A stretch of 64,000 nt of DNA from an uncultured bacterium (GTDB taxonomy: Bacteria; Edwardsbacteria; AC1; EtOH8): contig CAZFJC010000012.1 in assembly GCA_964518765.1 (NCBI GenBank), forward strand, positions 11,667 to 75,666, in the 5' to 3' direction. Of the stretch, positions 36,359-47,027 are shown one piece after another; position 1 is the first letter of the stretch, and each line of letters starts with the position of its first letter. The translations under genes were made by a program, and so were the position numbers. Below the pieces are notes generated by a model. The model searched no databases. It saw only the letters and a list, made by a program, of their open reading frames with translations, and was not told where the DNA came from.

Positions 36359-38047
36359 CTAAAACCCGCTGACCGCTATCCCCCGCGGGTACTCCACCTG
36401 GTACTCCAGGGCCATCTCCTGCTCCTGCTGCGGGGCTAGCCGCATCTTCCACTCGATGATCCCGTTCGGCCTTTCCTTAATCCCCCACTCCTCTTTCTCG
36501 TCATCGAACTTCGGAGATATCAATTTGACCTTGATCTGGTCGTTTTTCGACACCGGGTACTGCTCATAGACTGTGATTAGCTCGTCGTCCTTCTTCAGGT
36601 TCTTCACCTTGATCGAGTAGGCATAGGTCTTTTTTACCCTCTTCCCGTCCTCGGTCAGATCTTTCAGTTTCTTCCGGGTGATCTTGATCCCCTCGTCCAC
36701 CCCCAGCGAGGCGTCGAACTTCTCCGACGGAATGACCGTTCCTATGGCCGAGCCCCCCACGAAGTTGTTCCCGAAGAAGACGTTGATGTCGCCGGCCATG
36801 AACGGGTATTCGGTGGTGTTGGTCACCTTGGCCCGCAGGTAGGCGTGAGGTTTTAACCTGGGCACCGCTGTGTACTCGAACTGCGCCTCCAGCTTCTCGA
36901 AGGCGATCGGTATCTTGTGCGGCTCCCCGTCGGACGGAATGTCGTTCATCCCCGGGGTAGCGAAAACGTACGAGGTGCCCATGGCCTCAACCTCCGAGGC
37001 GGCTATCCCGATGTCCTCTCCACGGCCGCCGCGCGCCTCCAGGGTTGTTTGCTCCATGTCCACCGGCATAGGCTCCTGGGCTAGGTTCATCTGCATCTTT
37101 GTCTGGGCCACGTTTTGCCTGGCCTGCAGCTCAGCCGTTCCCTTGCGGTAGGCCTGTCTGGCGATGTCCAGGTACCAGGCGGAGACGGTCGGCATCTCGC
37201 CGGACACCGAGGGCCGGGCGGTGGACAGCACCACCTTGACGTCCTTCCAATCCTCCCCGGTCCTCTGGTAGATGACACCGTAGTAGGAGAACTCCACCTC
37301 CTTGCCCTCGGGGCTGACCCTGATGTCGTACACCGGGTGCCAGGCCGCGCCCATCATCATGTAGGAGACCTCCAGCTCCAGGGTCCCGGCCCGCTCAACC
37401 GTCAGATTGACTGCGATCGTTTTCCGTGTCGTCTGCCCGCCCGAGGAGATGCGAGCCAGCCGCTTCTGGACCGCTTCCATCCTTTGCTCCAGGGATTTCC
37501 TGGACTTCTCCAGCGCCCGCACCTCCCTGTTCAGCGCCTCGTACTTGGAGTCGTAGAACCCGAATAGGCTCATCCACTGGTTGACCGAGGGCATGGGCGC
37601 CTTGTCCTGCTCACGGGAGCGTGAGTCCGAGGTGCTTGCAGTTTTGATCCTCTCCAGGAAGTCGGTCTCCTTGTTGATCAGGTCGAGCCGGTCGTTCATC
37701 GACTGCACCTGCTCCCGCAGCTGGCTGAGAGTGTCCTCCAGCGCCTTGTAGGCCCTATTGGTCAGGGTGTCCAGGTACTGGGTCTCCACCTTGACCCCGG
37801 AGATCTTGGCCTCGGCTGAGCCCGAGCCCGAGGCCCGCACCGAGTTGTCGAAAAGCCCGGCCGGCAGGTCGGTGAACTTCACCAGGTGCTCGCCCGGCCC
37901 GTAGGATTGCTTGTGGACCCGGGTGATCTCGCAGCGGTCGTTATAGACCACCGCCTGGCCGATCCTGGCCCTCTGCTCAATGACCTGGACGCCGAAGGCG
38001 CCGGCCGCCATAGCCAGCAGGGCCAGGGGCAAAGCGATTCTCTTCAT
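36359..38047 (-). CDS. DUF4139/DUF4140-family secreted protein (mucoidy-inhibitor MuiA-like family)
   Basis: 562 aa. Signal peptide MKRIALPLALLAMAAGAFG. Central coiled-coil region. Conserved C-terminal part typical of the TIGR02231-like family (recalled, not computed). Confidence 0.5.
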   Translation of the reverse strand: MKRIALPLALLAMAAGAFGVQVIEQRARIGQAVVYNDRCEITRVHKQSYGPGEHLVKFTDLPAGLFDNSVRASGSGSAEAKISGVKVETQYLDTLTNRAYKALEDTLSQLREQVQSMNDRLDLINKETDFLERIKTASTSDSRSREQDKAPMPSVNQWMSLFGFYDSKYEALNREVRALEKSRKSLEQRMEAVQKRLARISSGGQTTRKTIAVNLTVERAGTLELEVSYMMMGAAWHPVYDIRVSPEGKEVEFSYYGVIYQRTGEDWKDVKVVLSTARPSVSGEMPTVSAWYLDIARQAYRKGTAELQARQNVAQTKMQMNLAQEPMPVDMEQTTLEARGGRGEDIGIAASEVEAMGTSYVFATPGMNDIPSDGEPHKIPIAFEKLEAQFEYTAVPRLKPHAYLRAKVTNTTEYPFMAGDINVFFGNNFVGGSAIGTVIPSEKFDASLGVDEGIKITRKKLKDLTEDGKRVKKTYAYSIKVKNLKKDDELITVYEQYPVSKNDQIKVKLISPKFDDEKEEWGIKERPNGIIEWKMRLAPQQEQEMALEYQVEYPRGIAVSGF

Positions 38048-38130
38048 TCTCCTCCTCTCGTTGTCATGCCGGCGAAGGCAGGCAACCAGAGAAAAGCCAT
38101 GGATTGCCTCCTCCGGAGAAATGACACTGT

Positions 38131-38961
38131 TTATTGTATATATCGCTTGGCTATTTCGTTTATTTCAATCAAGCTCTCCAGCAGCCGCTCCAGCCTTTCT
38201 AGCGGCAGCATGCTGGCCGCGTCGCACTTGGCCTGGCACGGGTTGGGATGGGTCTCGATGAAGATGGCCTCGCAGCCGGCCGCCGCTCCGGCCCGGGCCA
38301 GCGGCTCGATGAACTCGGGCGACCCGCCGGCCGGGTCGGATGACGGTTTGCCGTACTTCCTGATTGTATGAGTGACGTCGAAAACCACCGGGTAGCCGAA
38401 ACCTCGCATAATCGGCAGGGATTTGAAGTCCACCACCAGGTTATGATAGCCGAAACAGGTGCCACGTTCGGTCAGCAGGATGCGGTCGTTGCCCGCCGCC
38501 TCGATCTTTTTGACGATGTGCCCCACATCCTCGGGAGCCAGGAACTGGCCCTTTTTGACGTTGACCACTTTGCCGCTCCTGGCGACCTTGAGGGTCAGCT
38601 CGGTCTGCATGCACAAATAGGCCGGTATCTGGATGACGTCCAGCACCTCGGCCGCCGGCCCCACCTCCTCAGGGTAGTGCACGTCCGACAGAACCGGCAC
38701 ATCAAAGGTATGTTTAACCTTTGCCAACATCTTCAAACCTTCGTCGAGCCCCGGCCCTTGGTAGGACTTGGCCGAGGAGCGGTTGTCTTTCCTGTACGAG
38801 GCCTTGAAGATGAAGGGCATCTTCAGCTTATCGGCTATCCTCTTGACCTCCTCGGCCGTCTTCAGGACCACCGATTCATCCTCCAGCACGCAGGGCCCGG
38901 CGATGAGGGCCAGGGGTGAGTTCCCACCGACGTTTATCTTACCGATCTCAAGCGTTTTCAT
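38131..38961 (-). CDS. kdsA: 3-deoxy-8-phosphooctulonate synthase (KDO-8-P synthase)
   Basis: 276 aa. LIAGPCVLE..FIFKASYRKDNRSS..GYPVVFDVTHT is canonical KdsA. Confidence 0.9.
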   Translation of the reverse strand: MKTLEIGKINVGGNSPLALIAGPCVLEDESVVLKTAEEVKRIADKLKMPFIFKASYRKDNRSSAKSYQGPGLDEGLKMLAKVKHTFDVPVLSDVHYPEEVGPAAEVLDVIQIPAYLCMQTELTLKVARSGKVVNVKKGQFLAPEDVGHIVKKIEAAGNDRILLTERGTCFGYHNLVVDFKSLPIMRGFGYPVVFDVTHTIRKYGKPSSDPAGGSPEFIEPLARAGAAAGCEAIFIETHPNPCQAKCDAASMLPLERLERLLESLIEINEIAKRYIQ

Positions 38962-40474
38962 TATTCCGCTTATACCTTTCGCCTATTTTCGACGATTTCT
39001 CTGGGAAATACCCTGCCTTCAGCTCATCCAACCTCTCCCGGTATTCCACCTTTCCCGACCTCTCCCACAGACCCTTGAACAGCCGTAACGACTCTTCCTT
39101 CCTGGCTTGGTCACGGGTCAGCCGGAATATCTGAAAGCTCACTTCAGCTTTTTCTTTGTCGCCCTCCTGCTCCCGCAGCATTTTCTCCAGGCCGGCGGCG
39201 GCCGCCTCCCTGTCGCTCTCTCCGAGAATTCTCAGCCTTAGCAGCTCGGCTTGGAAGATGATCTCCCGGCGTCCCAACTCCCGGGCCACCCGGCCGGCGC
39301 GTTCTAGATACCGAGAGGCTTCCCCGTTCCTGCCCAGTCGGTGCTTGAGCTCGGCCATCAGCCAGCAGTTCTGGCTCAAGTGATAGTTATTATCTATGCT
39401 CTCGGCAATCTCTATCCCGCGCTCCAGCAGCCCTTCGGCCTCGGCCAGCTCGCCCGTCCTCAGGCGCAGCTTGGCGAAGTTGCCGCACAGCCGGGCGATG
39501 TCCTCGACGTTGTCCAGCTCCTCGGCCATACGCATGGCCCGCTCGAAATGCAGTCGGCTTTCCTCCCAGCGCCCCCGGGCCAAAGCGGCCATCCCCATGT
39601 CGTCCAGGGCCACGATCATCCCGGGCTTGTCGTCCAGCTCCTCGGTTATCTCCAGGTATCGCCGGAAGGACTCCTCGGCCCGGTCGGTCTCGTCCAGCTC
39701 GAACAGGATGGAGCCGATGTTGCCCACCGCGTAGCTGATCACCTGCCGGTTGCCCAACCGCTGGGCCAGCTCCAAGTAGCGGCGCCCGAAGTCCAGGGCC
39801 TCGGGGTATCTGCCCTGCTCTTGGTGGATCATGCCAATGTTGCCGGTGGCGATGGCTTCGGTCTCCAGGTCCCCGGTCTCCCGTGCCAGCCTGGCCGCCT
39901 CCTGGTAGTGTTCGATGGCCCCGGAGAAGTCCCCCCGCTCGTAGCAGATGATGCCGATGTTGCCCACCGCCCGGCTGACGCTCTGCCGGTTACCAGATTC
40001 CCTGGCGATCTCCAGCGCCTGCCTCAGCGATTCCAGGGCCTGGTCGTACTCGCCCCGGTTGTGCTGGATGTTAGCCAGGTTGCTCAGCACCCTTCCCAGG
40101 CCCGGCCGGTCCCCCAGCACCCGATAGAGCTTTTCCGCCCTTTGCAGATATCCCTCTGCCTCCGGATAGCGCCCCCGATTGACCTCCAGGCTGCCCAGAC
40201 GATTGAGGGCATCGGCCAGCAGAGCCTGGTCGTCCGCGGCGCTGAATCGATCCCTGAAGCCTAGAAGCACCCTTTCGGCCTCATTCCATAGCCCCACCGT
40301 CTCCAGGATGTCCAACCGCTTCTCCTGGACGGCATAGGGAAGGTAGCCACCTCCCCTCCCTGGGGCCGGAATCTGCAGCCATAGCATCCTCGGTCGATAG
40401 CGGTGCCGGCGTCCTTCATCGCCGAGAATTACCCCTTGGTCCATTTCTTCAAAGAACTGCTGGCCGTCAGCCAA
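38948..40474 (-). CDS. Tetratricopeptide-repeat protein
   Basis: 508 aa. About ten 34-aa TPR units (..YAVGNIGSIL.., ..ATGNIGMIHQEQGRYPEAL..). Confidence 0.75.
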   Translation of the reverse strand: MADGQQFFEEMDQGVILGDEGRRHRYRPRMLWLQIPAPGRGGGYLPYAVQEKRLDILETVGLWNEAERVLLGFRDRFSAADDQALLADALNRLGSLEVNRGRYPEAEGYLQRAEKLYRVLGDRPGLGRVLSNLANIQHNRGEYDQALESLRQALEIARESGNRQSVSRAVGNIGIICYERGDFSGAIEHYQEAARLARETGDLETEAIATGNIGMIHQEQGRYPEALDFGRRYLELAQRLGNRQVISYAVGNIGSILFELDETDRAEESFRRYLEITEELDDKPGMIVALDDMGMAALARGRWEESRLHFERAMRMAEELDNVEDIARLCGNFAKLRLRTGELAEAEGLLERGIEIAESIDNNYHLSQNCWLMAELKHRLGRNGEASRYLERAGRVARELGRREIIFQAELLRLRILGESDREAAAAGLEKMLREQEGDKEKAEVSFQIFRLTRDQARKEESLRLFKGLWERSGKVEYRERLDELKAGYFPEKSSKIGERYKRNNENA

Positions 40475-42839
40475 GCATCAGATACATCAACCCCAGGCTC
40501 ATGGCCAGGAACAGCAGAGCGGTGGCCAGCTTGACCCCGGCCACCGAGGCCTGGGCCCAGGCGGCGATGCGCTTCGAGGACACGCCCCAAAAGGCGATGA
40601 CGAAGGTGATGATCATCGGCACTTCGAACATCAGATTGTAAAGAAGCAGATACCCGAAGGCCTGCATCCGGTAGGTGGAGATCTGGCTGACGAAGGCGAT
40701 GGTCGGCAGGTAAACCTGCCCGGTGCAGGCGAACTCCAACAGCGAGGTGATCAGCCCCACCCCGAAGGCCCCGCCGATCAGCCCGCCCGCCCCCATCCTT
40801 TCCCGGATGATCCGGTGGATCCTCTGCTTGGTCGCGGTGGAGAGCTGGAGATCCATGCCCGAAAGCTCGCCCCGGCGTGCTTTGAGGTAATCCCGAAGAT
40901 TGTAGAAGGCCAGCACCAGCCCGGCGATGATGGCCAGCCAGTAGAAAATCTTGCTTATCAGCGGCAGGGCCTTGAGCGTCATCAGAAACGACAGCCCGCC
41001 CACTCCGATCAGGAAGTAGACCAGGAAGTCGGCCAGGGTGTAGGTGGCCCCCACCGCCAGGATCTCCCAGCGCTGGCGGCCCACGAAGGCCAGATAGGAG
41101 ATGAAAAAAACCAGCACCGCCAGGGAGCAGGGATTGACGCCGTCCAAGAGGCCGGCCCCGATCACCCCCCACAGGCCGAATGATCGAAAACGCTCCAACA
41201 TGCTCTGCCTGGCCTGAGGAAGTTTATGCCCTGCCTCCAGCCAGGGGATTATGCCGCTGCCGTTCCTGTACTTTTCCAGCAGCCTGCCCAGTTGGCTGTC
41301 GTTCACCTGGTCGCCTGTCAGGTAATCCTGTCCCACAAAAGCCGAGGGGGCTATCATCCGTTGGGATTCCGGCACCTGATACAACAGGCCCAAGGCTTCC
41401 GCCAATAATTTTGATGAATCGGAGGATATCTCTATCTTTTTAATCGAGAGATTGGGATACCGCGCTTTGAGCGCCCGGAGCATATACTCAGCCCGATCGC
41501 ACTTGGGGCAGCGGGCGTCGGTGACCAGGGCCAGGTAAATGGAATCAACCTCTGAGTTCTCGGGTAACGGCCCGGCGGACGTGTCCCTGCCCGCCTGCGG
41601 AGGTTTTTGGATATCGGGCTTACTCTTGGCCGACGCCGCCTTGGCCACCTCGGCCCTCAAATGCTTCTCGATCTCCTCCACCCCGCCCAGTATCCGCCGG
41701 CCGATGACCGCGGCCGGGATCTGGTTGTTGCGGTCGCCCCAGCGTTCCTCGATGTCCAGCAGCCTGCGGTATTCCAGGGGATCGTCCACGCTTCGGTAGG
41801 TGATCTTTAGCCTTCCCGGGTAATCCCTGACCAGGGCGGTCAACAGGCCCTCCTTGAGCTTCTCGCAGTCCGGGCAGTCCGGGGCGAAGAAGACGTCCAC
41901 CGCGATATCACCGTAGCCCTGGACCCTGACCGCGGCGTGGCCTCTGGGGATGTAGGTCCCAACGATGGCGGTGATGTCCGGATCGTCCGGAAGGTCCGAG
42001 TTTATGCCCAGAAGCTTGGAGGATCTTAAGCGCCACCGTCCGTCCTGGAGCTCCATCCAAGCCTGGGTGAGCCAGGCAGCCTTGGAGCCGGCCTCTATGA
42101 TGGGAACGCCGTGGGACCGGTCCGCCTCCCTGATCTCGTTCTGGGTATGCCCCCCGATTATCAGGTCCAGCTCGGGGAATTCTGAGGCTATCTCCTGCTC
42201 CTTCTCGTATCCCAGATGGGAGAGCAGGATGATGGCATCTGCCTTGGGCCTGACCTCGGAGACAAGAGACCTCAGGACCGAATCGGGGTCCAGGATCTCC
42301 AGCTCCCGGGACACCTCGGCCGGATAGTACTTGAACACCTGCTGGCCCATAAGTCCGATGGCGGCCACCCTGATACCCCCGACTGCGAAAATGCGGTATC
42401 CGCCGACCAGCTCCTTGCCCCTGTGCCTGAGGTTGGCCGCCAGAAAATTCACCCTGAACTTAGAGGAGAGCTCCTGGAAATAGTCCACCCCCCTGGAGAG
42501 CTCCTGGTCGCCTAGGGCCACCGCCTGATAGCCCATGGCCTGGTAGGCGGCCAACACCAGGGAGTCGGTTTTCCTGTCCGAGTCCAGCCCCCAGATGTCC
42601 CCGGAGTCGAATAGCAGGTGGCCCGGGTGACCTCCTGTTATCTGTTTGATGAGCGAGTAACGCTTGGCCAGCCCGCCCTTGGGCTCGCTGGGGCACTTGC
42701 AGGGATAGAGATATCCGTTATTGGCGTTGGTCTGCAGGATCAAGAGCTGATGCGGTCCGGCCTGGGCCCGGGCGTTGGAAGCCAGCATCATGGCTGCCGT
42801 CATCAGCAGCCACCATATGTGATATTTTCTCCGGGTCAT
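40467..42839 (-). CDS. Tripartite fusion: calcineurin-like/5'-nucleotidase-like phosphoesterase domain (degenerate metal ligands) + thioredoxin-like domain(s) + C-terminal DsbD/CcdA-type transmembrane domain
   Basis: 790 aa. Signal peptide. N-terminal LILQTNANNGYLYPCKCP..DSGDIWG..IIGGHTQNE (5'-nucleotidase-like fold; canonical His/Asp replaced by Gln/Asn/Ala). Middle FFAPDCPDCEKLKE (thioredoxin CxxC). C-terminal multi-TM with GVNPCSLAVL.. and EFACTGQVYLPT (DsbD_2/CcdA-like). Confidence 0.65.
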   Translation of the reverse strand: MTRRKYHIWWLLMTAAMMLASNARAQAGPHQLLILQTNANNGYLYPCKCPSEPKGGLAKRYSLIKQITGGHPGHLLFDSGDIWGLDSDRKTDSLVLAAYQAMGYQAVALGDQELSRGVDYFQELSSKFRVNFLAANLRHRGKELVGGYRIFAVGGIRVAAIGLMGQQVFKYYPAEVSRELEILDPDSVLRSLVSEVRPKADAIILLSHLGYEKEQEIASEFPELDLIIGGHTQNEIREADRSHGVPIIEAGSKAAWLTQAWMELQDGRWRLRSSKLLGINSDLPDDPDITAIVGTYIPRGHAAVRVQGYGDIAVDVFFAPDCPDCEKLKEGLLTALVRDYPGRLKITYRSVDDPLEYRRLLDIEERWGDRNNQIPAAVIGRRILGGVEEIEKHLRAEVAKAASAKSKPDIQKPPQAGRDTSAGPLPENSEVDSIYLALVTDARCPKCDRAEYMLRALKARYPNLSIKKIEISSDSSKLLAEALGLLYQVPESQRMIAPSAFVGQDYLTGDQVNDSQLGRLLEKYRNGSGIIPWLEAGHKLPQARQSMLERFRSFGLWGVIGAGLLDGVNPCSLAVLVFFISYLAFVGRQRWEILAVGATYTLADFLVYFLIGVGGLSFLMTLKALPLISKIFYWLAIIAGLVLAFYNLRDYLKARRGELSGMDLQLSTATKQRIHRIIRERMGAGGLIGGAFGVGLITSLLEFACTGQVYLPTIAFVSQISTYRMQAFGYLLLYNLMFEVPMIITFVIAFWGVSSKRIAAWAQASVAGVKLATALLFLAMSLGLMYLMLG

Positions 42840-43729
42840 TTTTCCTGAACTATGGTCTCGGTGTCCCCCTCGCGGTCTATGTCCTCCAAGAGCCTGGCCA
42901 GATCACGGGCCATCCCGGCCAGCGCCCTCCAGCCTAGATAGCGGTCCAGGGCCCGCAGCATCTCGCCGGCCGAACGATAGCGTTCGGCGGCCCTGGTCCG
43001 CAACGACCGCCTGATGATGGCGGCCATCCCCCAGTCGTGGTAGGGTGAACGCCAGAAGGCCGAGGGGTATTTCCCGCGACAGATAGCAGCCGTCACCCCT
43101 TGTCCGTCGCCGCCGGTGAAGGGTTTCCTGCCGGTGACCATCTCGTAGAGCAGTATCCCCAGGGAGAACAGGTCCGAGGAGAAGGTGACGGTGCCCCCCG
43201 AGGCCTGCTCCGGCGACATATAGTAAGGGGTCCCCACCACCACCCCGGCCGTGGTCAGGTCCGATCCGGAAACCTCCCGGGCAACCCCGAAATCGGTGAG
43301 CTTGACCAGCCCCTCCCTCGAGATGAGGATGTTCCTGGGCTTGATGTCGCGGTGGATGACGCCGCGGCGGTGGGCGCACTCCAAGGCGGCGCACACCTGC
43401 CGGGCAATGCCGGCTGCCGTCCTCGGGGGCAGAGGCGCCTGGCGCTCGATGACGGTGGCCAGGTCCAGGCCGTCCACGAACTCCATCACCAGGTAGCCCG
43501 AGCCGCCGTGGCGGAAATAATCGAAGACCTCGATGATGTTGGGGTGCTGCAGGCCGGCGGCGATGGCCGCCTCCTTATCGGCCCTTTCAAGGTCGCCCTC
43601 TCCGGGCGAGGTCCTCTTGATCACCACCAGGCGGTCGAGCGAGCTCTGGACCGCGGTGAAGATCCGTCCCATGCCGCCCCGGCCCAGTTCGTCCACTATC
43701 CGGTAGCCGCGCGGAAAGTTCTTATCCAT
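42836..43729 (-). CDS. Serine/threonine protein kinase (kinase domain only)
   Basis: 297 aa. GRGGMGRIF..VVIK (gly-rich loop + Lys), HRDIKPRNIL (catalytic loop), DFG, SPE. Confidence 0.85.
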   Translation of the reverse strand: MDKNFPRGYRIVDELGRGGMGRIFTAVQSSLDRLVVIKRTSPGEGDLERADKEAAIAAGLQHPNIIEVFDYFRHGGSGYLVMEFVDGLDLATVIERQAPLPPRTAAGIARQVCAALECAHRRGVIHRDIKPRNILISREGLVKLTDFGVAREVSGSDLTTAGVVVGTPYYMSPEQASGGTVTFSSDLFSLGILLYEMVTGRKPFTGGDGQGVTAAICRGKYPSAFWRSPYHDWGMAAIIRRSLRTRAAERYRSAGEMLRALDRYLGWRALAGMARDLARLLEDIDREGDTETIVQEK

Positions 43730-44696
43730 CGGACGTAGCCACCCGGTTCCGCCCCTCGGCCTTGGCCCGGTAGACCGCGGCGTCGGCGCGACGCACCAGG
43801 TCCTGCCAGCCTTTATCCTTGGGACGCCGGCAGGCCACCCCCAGGCTGGCCGTCACCGAGAAACCGGTCAGCTCCCGGCTGCGCCCTTCCAACAGCTTCC
43901 TGATGGACTCGGCGGCAGAGGCGGCGTCCCCGGCCTCCATCCCGGGAAAGGCGGCTACGAACTCCTCGCCTCCATAGCGGGCCACCAGATCGTCGCGGCG
44001 GCAGACGGAGCGGATCAGCCTGGCGGCCGCCCTCAAGGCCCGGTCCCCGGCCTGGTGCCCGCGGCCGTCGTTGATCCGTTTGAAATGGTCCAGGTCGATG
44101 AACACCAGCGACAGCGGGCTTCGGTTACGGACCGACTGCCTCCATAAAAGATCCATCTCCTGTTCGAAGTGCCGGCGGTTGTGCAGGCCGGTGAGCCGGT
44201 CGCGCCGGGCCATATCCTTGAGTTTCCGGCGGCTGCGTTCGGCCGTCAGCCTGAGCCGCAGCAGGTCGCGGGCCTCCCCCCGGCCGCCCAGCTTGCGGCC
44301 TAGTTCCATAAATTGGAGTCGCAGCCCCACCGTCTCCTGCCCCAACCTTTCAGCGCAGGTGGCCTCGTCGGAAAGGTTCAGCCCCCGCCCGTCATCGTAG
44401 ATCAGAGTGGTGGAGCCCAGCCCCAACTCGTCGCCGTGCTTCAGGGGTCGGCTCTTTGTCCTGGCCCCGTTGACGAGGAGCCCGTTGGTGCTGTCCAGGT
44501 CCTCGACGTGCCATCTTCCCCCGGAGAGGTATATCCGGGCATGCTGGCGCGACACCAGCTTGTCGCCCAAGACCAGGTCGCAGCCAGAACTGCGTCCCAG
44601 CAGGCGGTCCCGCCCGTCGAGCTCCAGCCTCTTGATCAGGACCCCGTCGTCCACCAGGTTGAGGGAGGGGACGCCCTTTTCCGATGAGTCAGTCAA
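43722..44696 (-). CDS. FHA domain-containing diguanylate cyclase (FHA-GGDEF)
   Basis: 324 aa. N-terminal FHA (LGRSSGCDLVLGD..VSRQHARI..STNGLLVNG). C-terminal GGDEF (RYGGEEFV). Overlaps the kinase gene start by 8 nt. Confidence 0.85.
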   Translation of the reverse strand: MTDSSEKGVPSLNLVDDGVLIKRLELDGRDRLLGRSSGCDLVLGDKLVSRQHARIYLSGGRWHVEDLDSTNGLLVNGARTKSRPLKHGDELGLGSTTLIYDDGRGLNLSDEATCAERLGQETVGLRLQFMELGRKLGGRGEARDLLRLRLTAERSRRKLKDMARRDRLTGLHNRRHFEQEMDLLWRQSVRNRSPLSLVFIDLDHFKRINDGRGHQAGDRALRAAARLIRSVCRRDDLVARYGGEEFVAAFPGMEAGDAASAAESIRKLLEGRSRELTGFSVTASLGVACRRPKDKGWQDLVRRADAAVYRAKAEGRNRVATSDG

Positions 44697-44736
44697 GTCG
44701 CCTCAACTGCAGCGCCTCAACGCCTCTATGACAAAA

Positions 44737-45225
44737 TTAGAGGCTGCCTATCCCGATCACCTTCGGCGTCTTGATGGTTTGGTGCCCCTCGGGAACCATG
44801 ATCGACACCGGCGCCGGCATGCCGTTCACCTCCGGCTTCTTGGCCAGCCAGACCTTGTAGACCTTTCCCTTGATGGCGCTGGCACCGTAGCCGTCGCCGT
44901 TGGATTTGCGGACGTTGACCCGGGTGATCTTGGCCGGCTGCTGGTAGAACTTGATGTTGTTGAAGTCCTTCTTCAGGGAGAAGTCCAGCAGGTCCCGGCC
45001 CAGGGCGTCGCCCTCCTCGTTAACCAGGCCGCCGCCGGCGATGGACAGGAAGAGCACGGCGCAGGAGTCCAGATCCGGGGCGTTGAGGGCCTGGACGTAC
45101 CGGTCCAGCACCGCCTTGACCTCCTTGGGCAGCTTTGAGACCGGGATGTCGTCCCGCTTGGACTGGGCAGATAGTCCTGTGCCAACCATCAGCACCACTG
45201 CAACTAGAACAAGGATATTCCTCAT
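44737..45225 (-). CDS. Secreted hypothetical protein
   Basis: 162 aa. Signal peptide MRNILVLVAVVLMVGTGLSAQ. Confidence 0.45.
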   Translation of the reverse strand: MRNILVLVAVVLMVGTGLSAQSKRDDIPVSKLPKEVKAVLDRYVQALNAPDLDSCAVLFLSIAGGGLVNEEGDALGRDLLDFSLKKDFNNIKFYQQPAKITRVNVRKSNGDGYGASAIKGKVYKVWLAKKPEVNGMPAPVSIMVPEGHQTIKTPKVIGIGSL

Positions 45226-45356
45226 GAGTTCCTCAGTTTATAGCGTGTCTGGATCTCTTTGGGGAACAAAGCGCCGCACTATATAATTATAGGCGGCGTC
45301 CTTCGTTGCTAATTATTCATGCATGACACCAAACATGTTTTATTCGGTTGATGGAG

Positions 45357-45752
45357 TCAATGTTCACGAATGTTTTCATAAGCCGTCTCGATTTCGGCAA
45401 TCACTTTCCCGATGTCGTTCAGCACCTCCTCGTTCCTGAACCTCATAACCCTTATGTCCCGCCGCTTCATGACATCCTCGCGGTGCCGATCGTATTCCTT
45501 TTGCCTGTCGTGTATTTCACCATCCAGCTCTACCGCCAAGCGCATCTTATTACAGTAGAAATCGGCGATGAAGCCGTCGATCACCTGCTGCCGCCTGAAC
45601 TGCAGGCCCATCACCTTGTTGTTCCGAACCGCGTTCCAGAAGACACGTTCGGCCTTGGTCATGTTGCGGCGCAGATGCTTGGCCAGTGCGTGTTTTCCCG
45701 GGCTTATCCTCTGGCCGGTGCATACTCCGGGCAGGCGCTTTCTCTCAGCCAT
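45357..45752 (-). CDS. DUF559 endonuclease-domain protein (second paralog)
   Basis: 131 aa. ..MTKAERVFWNAVRNNKVMGLQFRRQQVIDGFIADFYCNKMRLAVELDGEIH.., same family as 25906..26262. GC ~52%, below background. Confidence 0.75.
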   Translation of the reverse strand: MAERKRLPGVCTGQRISPGKHALAKHLRRNMTKAERVFWNAVRNNKVMGLQFRRQQVIDGFIADFYCNKMRLAVELDGEIHDRQKEYDRHREDVMKRRDIRVMRFRNEEVLNDIGKVIAEIETAYENIREH

Positions 45753-45764
45753 TTCGCTATTGAC

Positions 45765-45811
45765 CCCACCCCGCCCTCCTCGAAGGCTTTCGGGGAGGGT
45801 ACCGGGAGGGG
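45765..45811. repeat. GC-rich imperfect hairpin with CCCTCC/GGAGGG arms filling the gap-DUF559 intergenic space; a looser relative of the nested-hairpin family (no extended sequence identity)
   Basis: ccccaccccgCCCTCCtcgaaggctttcggGGAGGGtaccgggagggg. Confidence 0.5.
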
Positions 45812-46978
<1,167 letters not shown>

Positions 46979-47027
46979 TCAGATATTCAGGCAAAGACGC
47001 CTTCTCAGGGTGACCGCAGTCCCTTGT

